Assembly (NCBI GenBank): GCA_017415485.1
Contig: JAFQGP010000115.1
Span: 8,135-72,134 of the forward strand
DNA: 64,000 bases
Direction of reading: 5' to 3'
Source of the DNA: Clostridia bacterium
GTDB taxonomy: Bacteria; Bacillota; Clostridia; Oscillospirales; CAG-272
Numbering within the stretch: the first letter of the stretch is position 1; the number at the start of each line of letters is the position of its first letter. The notes beneath the pieces are model-generated. The model saw only the letters and a program-made list of their open reading frames with translations. It made no database searches and was not told the origin of the DNA. Positions 43,609-52,860 of this stretch are shown one piece after another. A program made the position numbers and the translations under genes.

Positions 43609-43803
43609 ATGAAAAAATATGTTCTTAATGAATCTACAGGTACGCTACACATTCTCGGTTATTGTACACATTCGACACATAAGTTTGACAATGCAATTAC
43701 ATTCGAAACAGAACAAGAAGCATACAAATTTGCTGGCAAGCATATTAAGCTTTGCAAGCTATGTGAAAGAAAAAAAGAAGCAATCTTAAAAGAACAAAAC
43801 TAA
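43609..43803 (+). CDS. Small Cys/His-containing protein (64 aa), possible zinc-binding
   Basis: AGGAGG RBS. Contains LHILGYCTHSTH ... CKLCERKK. AT-rich. I recognise no family. Confidence 0.5.
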   Translation: MKKYVLNESTGTLHILGYCTHSTHKFDNAITFETEQEAYKFAGKHIKLCKLCERKKEAILKEQN

Positions 43804-43831
43804 TTATGCATTAAAGAAAGGAATATAATCC

Positions 43832-44563
43832 ATGAAAAAATTTATTGCAATATTATTAGCGGTAATTATGTGTTTTTCCCTAGTTTCATGCGGAAAGAAA
43901 GTGGCTTTTGAATTAACACAAAATGCATTTTTTGAGATAAGCAAGTCTGTAGATATTTTGAAGCAGATCAGCAATGACATTATTAGCGCGTGGACGATAG
44001 GTATTTATGATGAATCAACATTAAAACACTATGGTGATGGATTTGATTGGTTATGTGAAAACGTTTCATTATCAAGAGATGATATGCTTGATGGATTAGC
44101 ATATTATAAAAGTCTTGGTATTCAACCCGAATACGTAGAAATTTTATGTGATCCGGAATTAGGATTATATAATGATTATTATGAATACCATAAAGAAGCA
44201 GTACGAAAACTTTATGATATGTATTTCTATACCAGTTATGAGGAAACAGGTATATTAAATGTTTACGATAAAGTGTTCACAGGTTGTGTAATGTTGGTCG
44301 TATACTCTTACGAGGCGAACGGAAAGCTCAGCGAAATCGAACAATCTCTTACATCCGCTGAAACAAAAATCAAAGAATTGAGCAATAAGCATTCAAACTA
44401 TGAGCATTACGAAAACATAAAAGAATATTATTCTACTGCTAGGACTATGTATAATTTCTGCAAATTGCCCACTGGAACATTAGAGCAAGCTAAGAGCAAC
44501 ATAAACGATTATAAAAACACAGCAGATTCGTGTTATAACAGTATGTATTACTTTTTCCAGTAG
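43832..44563 (+). CDS. Lipoprotein of unknown function (243 aa)
   Basis: Lipobox FSLVSCG. AT-rich, helical, Tyr/Glu-rich. Confidence 0.6.
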   Translation: MKKFIAILLAVIMCFSLVSCGKKVAFELTQNAFFEISKSVDILKQISNDIISAWTIGIYDESTLKHYGDGFDWLCENVSLSRDDMLDGLAYYKSLGIQPEYVEILCDPELGLYNDYYEYHKEAVRKLYDMYFYTSYEETGILNVYDKVFTGCVMLVVYSYEANGKLSEIEQSLTSAETKIKELSNKHSNYEHYENIKEYYSTARTMYNFCKLPTGTLEQAKSNINDYKNTADSCYNSMYYFFQ

Positions 44564-44599
44564 ACACTGCAACAAAATTTTCATTCTATGCAGTAAAGT

Positions 44600-44836
44600 T
44601 GACGATATATCAAGAGCCCTCCCGCTTGCGGGAGGGTTGGGAGGGGAGTCAGCGGCGCGCGAAATTTGAGCACCAAAACCAAACTCAAAGCGAAATATAA
44701 TAAAAATGTGAAAATCCGCCGCGGCGGATTTTTCCTTTACGTTCCGCGGTGCGGAACATATCGCATCGCGAAGCGATATATCGTATCCGCAGGATATATC
44801 GCGCCGAAGGCATATCGTGCGCCCTGCGGGCGCAGG
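44600..44836. repeat. Hairpin-train element H6a (ATATCG word)
   Basis: ccctcccgcttgcgggaggg and aaatccgccgcggcggattt, followed by gttccgcggtgcggaac-ATATCGC-atcgcgaagcgat-ATATCGT-atccgcaggat-ATATCGC-gccgaaggc-ATATCGT-gcgccctgcgggcgc. Confidence 0.85.
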
Positions 44837-45001
44837 GTGAAGGAGCAAAAATCTCCCGCAAGGGGAGATTTTACTCCTTCCGAACCGTCGACGGGGCGTC
44901 GCCGGTTCGAAGCACAAGGAAATTTCGCGCTCTGCGGAGCGCGACTTAAGGCTCTGCCTTAAGAAACCGCAAACTTTTGAAAAAGTTTGATCAAAACTTT
45001 T
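44837..45001. repeat. Structured repeat H6b (right module, copy B)
   Basis: Collinear with 39111-39275. Linkers are identical (TTACTCCTTCC, CTTAAGGCTCTGCCTTAAGAAACCGCAA) and the stems differ by paired substitutions. Confidence 0.9.
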
Positions 45002-45024
45002 CCGCTGATATAGTTAAATTGTTC

Positions 45025-45053
45025 TTGACATCCCCGCGCGGGCGTGGTACAAT
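45025..45053 (+). promoter_or_regulatory. Sigma-70-type promoter for the glycan cluster
   Basis: TTGACA (45025-45030), N17, TACAAT (45048-45053). Confidence 0.55.
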
Positions 45054-45091
45054 TATCTTAGAGAAAAACTTCATCGATCGGAGGAAGACTT

Positions 45092-46117
45092 ATGGAAAAT
45101 AAAATTCGTTTTGCCGTCATCGGCACCGAGGGCATCGGACGCAGTCACATTGAGGGCATCCTCAGAAATGAAAACGCCGTCCTCGCCGCGCTTTGCGATG
45201 TTGACGAAGCGGGTGTTAAGGCTCGTGCCGAAAAGCACGGGCTCCCGACATATTACACCGACTACAAGGACATGCTCCGCGCGGGAGGCTTTGACTGCGT
45301 TGTCGTCTGCTCCCCCGACTCCTTCCACAAGGATCAGTGTGTCGATTCGCTTGAAGCGGGCTATCACGTGCTCTGTGAAAAGCCGCTTGCAATGCGACTT
45401 GATGAATGCGAGGCTATCATTGCCGCCGCACGCGCATCGGGCAAGAAATTCATGGTCGGTCAGGTCTGCCGCAAGACTCCCGCCTTCGCGCTGATGAAGG
45501 AAATGGTCGACCGCGGCGACATCGGCGAGCTTTTCTACGTTGAATCCGAATACGCGCATGATTACTCGATCCTTGGCAGAGGCGAATGGCGCAAGGATCC
45601 CTCCTACATCCGCCATCCCGTTGTCGGCGGCGGCTGTCACGCGATGGACCTCCTCCGCTGGATCGCGGGCGACCCCACCGAGGTCTTTGCCTACGCAAAC
45701 CACAAGGTGCTCACCGATTGGCCCGTTGACGACTGCACGATCTCGATCCTCAAATATCCCAACGAAGTCATCGGCAAGGTGCTGACCTCGATCGGCTGCA
45801 AGCGCCCCTACACGATGCGCACCCAGCTTTTCGGCTCAAAAGGCACCATCCTCGGCGACAACAAATCGCCATATATCACCCTCTTCACGCCCTGCATTGA
45901 TGAAAAGGGCAAGCACTCCTTCAAGGAGGAGCAGATCCCGATCGACATCAACCACCACAATATGACCGCCGAGATCGGCGATATGTGCGACATCATCCTT
46001 GGCAAAAAGGAGCTTGAGATCGACGTCATCGAGGGCTCGAACACGGTTGCCGTCTGCCTCGCCGCAGTTGAATCGGCAAAGACAGGACTCCCCGTAAATC
46101 CCAAATACTTCAATTAA
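45092..46117 (+). CDS. Gfo/Idh/MocA-family oxidoreductase
   Basis: 341 aa. Rossmann N-terminus RFAVIGTEGIGRSH and the EKP motif (LCEKPLA). Confidence 0.85.
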   Translation: MENKIRFAVIGTEGIGRSHIEGILRNENAVLAALCDVDEAGVKARAEKHGLPTYYTDYKDMLRAGGFDCVVVCSPDSFHKDQCVDSLEAGYHVLCEKPLAMRLDECEAIIAAARASGKKFMVGQVCRKTPAFALMKEMVDRGDIGELFYVESEYAHDYSILGRGEWRKDPSYIRHPVVGGGCHAMDLLRWIAGDPTEVFAYANHKVLTDWPVDDCTISILKYPNEVIGKVLTSIGCKRPYTMRTQLFGSKGTILGDNKSPYITLFTPCIDEKGKHSFKEEQIPIDINHHNMTAEIGDMCDIILGKKELEIDVIEGSNTVAVCLAAVESAKTGLPVNPKYFN

Positions 46118-46133
46118 AGGTAGGTTAAAGACC

Positions 46134-47459
46134 ATGTTAAGAGTTGGATTTTCCGAATTTGATATAACCCCGCCCGTGGGCAAGCTCATCCCCGGCGGTT
46201 TCACACCGTGTCTGACAAGCGAACCCGCGCGCGGCAAGCTCCTTGCAACCGCCGCAGCTTTCGACGTTGACGGGGGCGGCCTTATTCTCGTGTCCGTCGA
46301 CACCCTCTCCTTCCACGTAAACACCGCCGACCGCATCCGTCAGACCATTTCGGATGACACGGGCGTTCCCTTTGACCGCATCCTCGTCGGCGCGACTCAC
46401 ACCCACACGGGCGGCGCCTGCGACTATCAGCTTTGGCTCTGTCCCCCCGACCCCGAGGTTGCTTCCGTGACCGAAAAGGGCGCGATCACCGCCGCTATTG
46501 AGGCATATAAGAACCTTTCCGATGCCGCGATCGGCACGGGCAAGGGCGCGGAGGACCGTTACAGCTTCTGCCGCGACATCCGCCTTACCGACGGCTCGAT
46601 CAAGATGAATCCCAACCGCGCGCACCGCGAGCTTATGGTTGCGCCGATCAGCACCCCCGACTACGCCGTCAACGTGATGCGTATCGACTCCGCAGAGGGC
46701 GACGTGCGCGGCTTCATCGTCAACTATGCAAACCACCCCGACTGTCACCAGAAAAACAAGAGTAGCTTCAGCGCCGACTTCCCCGGTGCGCTCCGCCGAG
46801 GTCTGAAGCGCGTTTACGGCGAGGACATCTTCGTTCTCTTCTTCAACGGCACAGCGGGCGACATCAACTGCATCGACTGGCTCGGCACCACCTCGGATTC
46901 CTACTACGGCGGCACGAAAAACGCGCCCGAGGCTATCGGCGCGGGTCTGACATCCACCGTCGTTGAGATCAACGCCGACATTAAGGCTGATAATTCCGCT
47001 CCCGAGATCGCTTCGATCTCGAAGAACCTCATCCTCGCGCGCCGCTATAAATCGGACGCCGACTACGCGTGGGCACAGGAGATCGCCAAGGATATGGCTT
47101 CGCACGACGCGATGTCGAGAGCCTTTGCGACCGAGTATCTTGAGTCCGACGATGACGTCAGCCCCGAGATCCCCTTCGAGATCCACACCATCCGCCTTGG
47201 CGACTGGGCGATCGTCGGTCTGCCCTCCGAGATCTTCACCGAGGTCGGCAAGCGGATCAAGACGGCTTCTCCCTTTGAAAACACCGTTATTTTCGAGCTT
47301 GCAAACGGCACGCACGGATATATCGCGACCAAGATCATCCACGAAAGCACGGCTTATGAATCGAGAGTCAGCAAGGTCAACGCCTGCACCGCCTCCGACA
47401 GCGCAGATCGCATCGTCGAAGCGGCTCTCCGTCAGCTTGAGGAACTGAAAAATGTATAA
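46134..47459 (+). CDS. Neutral/alkaline ceramidase-N-like hydrolase-fold protein (function uncertain)
   Basis: 441 aa. The N-terminus LRVGFSEFDITPPVGKLIPGG ... GATHTHTGG resembles the ceramidase_alk N-terminal domain. Confidence 0.55.
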   Translation: MLRVGFSEFDITPPVGKLIPGGFTPCLTSEPARGKLLATAAAFDVDGGGLILVSVDTLSFHVNTADRIRQTISDDTGVPFDRILVGATHTHTGGACDYQLWLCPPDPEVASVTEKGAITAAIEAYKNLSDAAIGTGKGAEDRYSFCRDIRLTDGSIKMNPNRAHRELMVAPISTPDYAVNVMRIDSAEGDVRGFIVNYANHPDCHQKNKSSFSADFPGALRRGLKRVYGEDIFVLFFNGTAGDINCIDWLGTTSDSYYGGTKNAPEAIGAGLTSTVVEINADIKADNSAPEIASISKNLILARRYKSDADYAWAQEIAKDMASHDAMSRAFATEYLESDDDVSPEIPFEIHTIRLGDWAIVGLPSEIFTEVGKRIKTASPFENTVIFELANGTHGYIATKIIHESTAYESRVSKVNACTASDSADRIVEAALRQLEELKNV

Positions 47460-49410
47460 GATATTCAAATATTCCGATCATCCCACCGTTGATTTCGCCG
47501 CCGAGGAGCTGAAAAAGTATCTCAGGATGATGATGCCCCGCTGCGGCGAGATCGAGATCACGACCGACGAGCGCGACGGCGACGGCTTCGTTCTCGCACT
47601 CTCTGCCGACATCGGCATCGATCTGCCCGAAACAGATGAACCCGAGCTTGACGACGTCATCGTCATCAACACAAACGAGCACGGCGGCATCATCGCGGGC
47701 AGTAATCCGCGCGCGCTTCTGATCGCGGTCTACGAATATCTGCGTCAGAACGGCTGCCGTTGGCTCTATCCCGGCGTTGACGGCGAGTTTATCCCCGTTA
47801 CAGACCTCAAAGCGGTCAATTACCGCAAAATGGCTGACCTTCGTGTCCGCGCACAATGCAACGAGGGCGCGGAGTATCAGGCCTCTATGATCGAAACCAT
47901 CGATTTCTCTCCCAAGATCGGGCTCAACTCCTATATGATCGAGTTCGACAACCCGAAAACCTACTATAATTCCTATTACAACCACAAAAACAATCTCGCC
48001 AACCGCTTGCCCGAGCCGATCACCTCTGAGCAGGTGCTTCAATGGAAGCGCGCCTGCGAAGCGGAGATCGCGAAGCGTTCACTCATCTTTCAGGATATGG
48101 GACACGGCTGGACGGCTGAGCCCTTCGGGATCGACACCACCGAGGGCTGGACGAAGGACGCGGGCAATCCGATCCCCGAGGAAAGCCGCGATTTCGTCGC
48201 GTTCACCGAGGGTTCGCGCTCGCTTTATCACGGCGTTGCGCTGAACACGAATTTCTGCATGTCAAACCCGAAGGCGCGCGAGATCGTTGCAAAGGCGATC
48301 GCCGATTATGCCGAGATCAGCCCGCAAGTAAACTACCTCCACGTTTGGCTCGCCGACAACAGGAATAACCATTGCGAGTGCGAGGAGTGCAAAAAGCAAA
48401 CCGTTTCGGATTGGTACGTTATGCTTCTCAACGCCATCGACGAGGAGCTGACGGCACGCGGACTTGCCACCCGAATTGCATATATCGCGTATTACGACAC
48501 CGCCTTCCCGCCCGTGACCGAAAAGATCAAGAACCCCGACCGCTTTGTGCTTCTGCTTGCGGCGATCACGCGCGACTACACCGAAACGCCCGATATGTCC
48601 GCCACGGGCAAGGAACTGCCGAAGTTCACGTTGAACAAAAACGTCTTCCCGAGCGACCTTGGGGACTACATCCGCTATTCCGAGGGGTGGCAGGAGACCG
48701 CCTTCACACCGAAATTCTGCTACGAATACCATTTTTGGGTACATCAGTACTATGACATCGGCGGCATTCGCCTTGCCGAGCGGCTTTACGAGGACGTCCG
48801 TGCCTACCGCGAGGCGGGCTTCTTCGGCATCATTCAGGACGGCTCACAGCGCTCCTTCTTCCCCAACGGCTTCCCCTTCTACGTCTACTCGCGCGCGATG
48901 TACGACAAGGAGGTAAGCTTTGAGGAGCTTCGCGAGGACTATTTCAGCCACGCTTACGGCGAAAATTGGCGCGAGATCTCCGAATATCTCGAGAAGATCT
49001 CGGATATCTTCGACGTCAATTACCTCGAAGTTCCGCACAGATCGGCAACGGCAAGGAAACTCGTCTCTCCCGAACGCGCAGAAGCGCTCAAAGAGATCGC
49101 TCCCCTTTGCGCGGAAATGGCAAAGAAGCTCCGCGCGTGGAGAAAGATGCCGCAAAGAAGGATCTCCGGCCTCTCGCTGCGACTTCTCGAGCTCCACGCC
49201 GAGTATTGCACGGGGCTTGCAGAGTCTATGATCCTCACCGCCGAGGGCAAGGCGGACGAGGCTTTCGATGCCTTCAACGCCCTCTTTGACTCCTTTGGCA
49301 GCCACGAATTTGAGATAGAACGCTATTTTGACCATTACCTTGCATACTCCGCGCTGAGGCGCAGCCTGCACGCGGGCAAAAACAGAGTTGAAAGAGAGGA
49401 GATCGGATAA
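47452..49410 (+). CDS. DUF4838-like putative glycoside-hydrolase-related protein
   Basis: 652 aa. It overlaps the upstream gene by 8 nt. The N-terminal domain resembles GH20b/GH67N-type modules. The family assignment is tentative. Confidence 0.5.
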   Translation: MYKIFKYSDHPTVDFAAEELKKYLRMMMPRCGEIEITTDERDGDGFVLALSADIGIDLPETDEPELDDVIVINTNEHGGIIAGSNPRALLIAVYEYLRQNGCRWLYPGVDGEFIPVTDLKAVNYRKMADLRVRAQCNEGAEYQASMIETIDFSPKIGLNSYMIEFDNPKTYYNSYYNHKNNLANRLPEPITSEQVLQWKRACEAEIAKRSLIFQDMGHGWTAEPFGIDTTEGWTKDAGNPIPEESRDFVAFTEGSRSLYHGVALNTNFCMSNPKAREIVAKAIADYAEISPQVNYLHVWLADNRNNHCECEECKKQTVSDWYVMLLNAIDEELTARGLATRIAYIAYYDTAFPPVTEKIKNPDRFVLLLAAITRDYTETPDMSATGKELPKFTLNKNVFPSDLGDYIRYSEGWQETAFTPKFCYEYHFWVHQYYDIGGIRLAERLYEDVRAYREAGFFGIIQDGSQRSFFPNGFPFYVYSRAMYDKEVSFEELREDYFSHAYGENWREISEYLEKISDIFDVNYLEVPHRSATARKLVSPERAEALKEIAPLCAEMAKKLRAWRKMPQRRISGLSLRLLELHAEYCTGLAESMILTAEGKADEAFDAFNALFDSFGSHEFEIERYFDHYLAYSALRRSLHAGKNRVEREEIG

Positions 49411-50498
49411 TGAAACACATCATCATCGGACGCACCGAAAACGGATTTTACCGCTATCAGGGTTGGCCGACCGTTTGCATTGACGAAAACGGCGTGCTTT
49501 ACACCGTTTGCTCGGGAAACAGACTCGGACACCTTTGCGTTTTCGGCAAGAACTTCCTTTACAAAAGCTTTGACGGCGGCGAGAGCTGGACTCCGCCCAT
49601 CGTCATCAACGACACCTACCTTGACGACCGCGACGCGGGAATAACCTACCTCGGTGACGGCAAGATGCTTCTGACCTATTTCTGCCACCCCTGGCAGTTT
49701 TACGCCGAAAGACGCGGTTGGATCGACAGCTACGCAACCGAAGTCACCCGCCCGATGGCAGAGGGTATACTGAACGGATATGCCAATATGCCCGAAGAGC
49801 ACAATAAATACGGCTCCTTCGTCCGTCTCTCGCAGGATTACGGAAACACTTGGGGCGAGGCTGTCAAGGTGCCCGTCACCGCACCTCACGGACCGATCAA
49901 GCTAAAAAACGGCAAGCTTTTCTTCCTCGGCAAGGAATTCCACTCCGGTGACGAATCGCTCGAACAGGGCGCTATCTACGCCTTTGAGAGTGCCGATGAC
50001 GGAAAGACCTGGCAGAAGCTTTGCAAGATCGACTTCCCCGAGGGACTTGACAAGAACAATATGCACGAGCCCCACGCAGTTGAACTGCCCGACGGCACGA
50101 TCGTCGGCTCCATCCGCGCACAGGGCGAGGGTGTGCCGCACAAATTTTCGATCTTCAACTGCACATCGACCGACGGCGGCAAGAGCTTTTCGCATCCCGA
50201 ATGCCTCGGCATCAGCGGCTCGCCCCCTCACCTTTTGCTTCACTCCTCGGGCGCGCTCATTCTCACATACGGCCGCCGCGAAGCTACCTTCGGCGAGCGC
50301 GTTATGATAAGCCGCGACGGCGGCAAGACCTGGGGCGAGGAGCACGCCCTCACCGAAGCCTACTGCAACGATCTCGGCTACCCCGCAACCACCGAACTCC
50401 CCGACGGCTCGCTCGTCACCGTTTACTACGAAAGATACAAGGACGATAAATTCACTTCGATACTATGCGTAAAGTGGAGAATTGAGGAGTTTGAATAA
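49410..50498 (+). CDS. BNR/Asp-box repeat protein (sialidase-like six-bladed propeller)
   Basis: 362 aa. Five Asp-boxes: SFDGGESW, SQDYGNTW, SADDGKTW, STDGGKSF, SRDGGKTW. No signal peptide is apparent. Confidence 0.8.
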   Translation: MKHIIIGRTENGFYRYQGWPTVCIDENGVLYTVCSGNRLGHLCVFGKNFLYKSFDGGESWTPPIVINDTYLDDRDAGITYLGDGKMLLTYFCHPWQFYAERRGWIDSYATEVTRPMAEGILNGYANMPEEHNKYGSFVRLSQDYGNTWGEAVKVPVTAPHGPIKLKNGKLFFLGKEFHSGDESLEQGAIYAFESADDGKTWQKLCKIDFPEGLDKNNMHEPHAVELPDGTIVGSIRAQGEGVPHKFSIFNCTSTDGGKSFSHPECLGISGSPPHLLLHSSGALILTYGRREATFGERVMISRDGGKTWGEEHALTEAYCNDLGYPATTELPDGSLVTVYYERYKDDKFTSILCVKWRIEEFE

Positions 50499-50538
50499 AA
50501 CAAAACGGATACAGCCGCGGCTGTATCCGTTTTGTTTG
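50499..50538. terminator. Bidirectional terminator
   Basis: AAACAAAACGGATACAGCCGCGGCTGTATCCGTTTTGTTT, a perfect palindrome between converging stops. Confidence 0.85.
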
Positions 50539-52860
50539 TTATTTTTTGATCTTGACCGAGATCACCCAATCTCCCGCGTCAGGTTTAGCGGGGAGTGTAT
50601 ATGTTCCGTCGGTAACCGTCACGGTGAATGCATCACCGTATTCGCCGGTGATGCAACTGAACCATTGAACCTCGTATTCGCCGTTTGCCATTGCCGTAAG
50701 CTTGCCAAGCTTACCGTTGGTGTTATTGCCATAGAAGTAGCCGAGATAAAGCTCGTTACCGATATGGCAGACCGAATACTTGCAGGAGCCGGGCTGATAG
50801 AAATAGGATTTATTGAAGCAGGGCACAAGGCGCCACCATTCATATTTCTGAAGATAATCTTTGATATAAGTTATCTGCTCACCGGACTCCAGATACAGTC
50901 CCTCTATCCAGTTCAGTCCTTTATCAAAGGTCTCGCCGTATGAGTCGATTATCGTTCTGGTTTCGTAGTCGGGATATCCGTTTTGCGCCCAGAAAATGCT
51001 CCATATGGGCTGTGCTCCGTAGCCGTATCCGAACTGACCGTTCATATACGCACCCCACGCTTGGATACGGACACCATATCCGCTTCCGCCGCTTTCGTCC
51101 CAATGGTCATACGGACCCTCGTAGTTTACAACGGGCTTACAGCCGTAATTATTGTAAAACTCCTTTGCCCACTCCCAATTTATTCCGTTGAAAGCATAGT
51201 TATACTGTGCCGCGTACCAAGAGTGATTTTCCGAATCATCAAAGCGTGAATTTTCAACACGGGTATAAATCGAATTTTCCTGATGACATGTGGACGGATG
51301 ATCGTACGGATCATATTTTGCGACCCAGTCCATTACGTAGAACCACGGATTCGTCTCGGGAGTTGCCGCGCAGTCGCCGCGGTCAACGCCGTAATAATCG
51401 TTGTCGCCCTCCTGCGTGGTCGCCCACATAACGGGATACGCACTATACCTTGCAACCCAATAGCGAGATAGCTTTTCAAGCTGCTCGTCAGTAATCTTTC
51501 CGCCGAAATATGCGCTCATTAAGGTCGTTGGATATCCAAACTGAGTATTTGAATGAACAAGTCCGTAATCAGCTATTATTTTAAAATAGCGATCATATTG
51601 CTCGAACTTTTCCAGCATAAAGTCATTTACGCCAAGGGTGAAGATATTTTCGGCTCCATCCTGAAACCATATCTGATCGTTGACATCCCACCAATAAAGG
51701 GGTTGCGACTGAATAACGGTATAGCCTTGCTCGGCACGGTAGTTAATAATATAATCAAACTGCGAGGTGATGCCGTACTGATCTGCGATCTCCTTGGTGA
51801 TACCCGCGACCTTTTGGGTCTCGACTGAGCCGTATCCGTCGATCTCCTCTATCGCAAGAGTCCAATGAGTATCGCCAAGATAGAAGAAGGGCGTGCCGTC
51901 ATCATACATAAAATAGTTTTTTCCCGGCTCGGTCTTGACAAATCCGTGCTTGTAGATATCGAGATTACCCGAGTATTCCTTACAGAGCACGCTGCCGCCG
52001 CGATGATGCAGACCGCTGTTTGCGGTATCGGTGCATACGGTATAAAAGCTCCACTCACCAACCTCTGTGGGTGCGAAACGAACCTTCCAGCTCGTTCCGC
52101 CGTCCCAAAATGCAGGAACTTTGAGCGCAGTACCGCTTGACTTATTATAAAAAATAACGTCGGTGTCAACAGTATAAACCGGATTTTCGTATTCCTTTGA
52201 GCTTTCAAATTCGATCTCGCAGGCTACCCATTTTTCGGTCTCTGCCTTGAATAATTCGCCAACGGGTGTAATATTTTCCACTATAGCTTCGTCCTTTTTA
52301 CCATTTTCGGATGAATACGCCGAGTCAATAATATTGAGACTTTCGGGAATGAGAGGCTCGCCTCCCTCGGCAGCGGCTATATAATCGTTTATAAATCTCT
52401 CTGTGGCAACAACCGTGAGATTATCGTTGTAACCAATGATAACGATCTTGTTTCCAACAGCGCGGATGGCATACTCACCCACAGAAAGAGTGAGATAGAC
52501 CTCGCGGCTCTCACGGCGGTTTGTCTCGCCAACGAGTATTTCAGCACCTTCGCTGATATATTCACCAGCCATGGGCTTGCCCTGCACCCAGTCATCCGTA
52601 TCCTTGACAGAGATACCGAGCTTCTCCTCAATTGTGGATTTTATGCTTTTGATTGCCGAAAAAAGGGTTGTAGAGCATTTTTCGGGACGAACGAGAGTAT
52701 ACAAAAGCTCTCCGTTTTCAATTAATTTAAGATAAGTCTCTTCTTTTTCGGTTTCGAGAGAGGTCGTTTCCTGAGGAAGAGTCTCCTCGGGAACGTCCGT
52801 ACATCCAAAAATCGGAATCATCATAAGAAGAGCGAGAATAAAGCTTATGAATTTTTTCAT
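50539..52860 (-). CDS. Lipoprotein: N-terminal domain shared with 26897-28132, plus DUF5060 and DUF4038 (GH140-like glycoside hydrolase)
   Basis: Lipobox PIFGCT. DUF5060-like segment VPAFWDGGTSWKVRFAPTEVGEWSF. DUF4038 hallmark DGTPFFYLGDTHW. Confidence 0.7.
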   Translation of the reverse strand: MKKFISFILALLMMIPIFGCTDVPEETLPQETTSLETEKEETYLKLIENGELLYTLVRPEKCSTTLFSAIKSIKSTIEEKLGISVKDTDDWVQGKPMAGEYISEGAEILVGETNRRESREVYLTLSVGEYAIRAVGNKIVIIGYNDNLTVVATERFINDYIAAAEGGEPLIPESLNIIDSAYSSENGKKDEAIVENITPVGELFKAETEKWVACEIEFESSKEYENPVYTVDTDVIFYNKSSGTALKVPAFWDGGTSWKVRFAPTEVGEWSFYTVCTDTANSGLHHRGGSVLCKEYSGNLDIYKHGFVKTEPGKNYFMYDDGTPFFYLGDTHWTLAIEEIDGYGSVETQKVAGITKEIADQYGITSQFDYIINYRAEQGYTVIQSQPLYWWDVNDQIWFQDGAENIFTLGVNDFMLEKFEQYDRYFKIIADYGLVHSNTQFGYPTTLMSAYFGGKITDEQLEKLSRYWVARYSAYPVMWATTQEGDNDYYGVDRGDCAATPETNPWFYVMDWVAKYDPYDHPSTCHQENSIYTRVENSRFDDSENHSWYAAQYNYAFNGINWEWAKEFYNNYGCKPVVNYEGPYDHWDESGGSGYGVRIQAWGAYMNGQFGYGYGAQPIWSIFWAQNGYPDYETRTIIDSYGETFDKGLNWIEGLYLESGEQITYIKDYLQKYEWWRLVPCFNKSYFYQPGSCKYSVCHIGNELYLGYFYGNNTNGKLGKLTAMANGEYEVQWFSCITGEYGDAFTVTVTDGTYTLPAKPDAGDWVISVKIKK

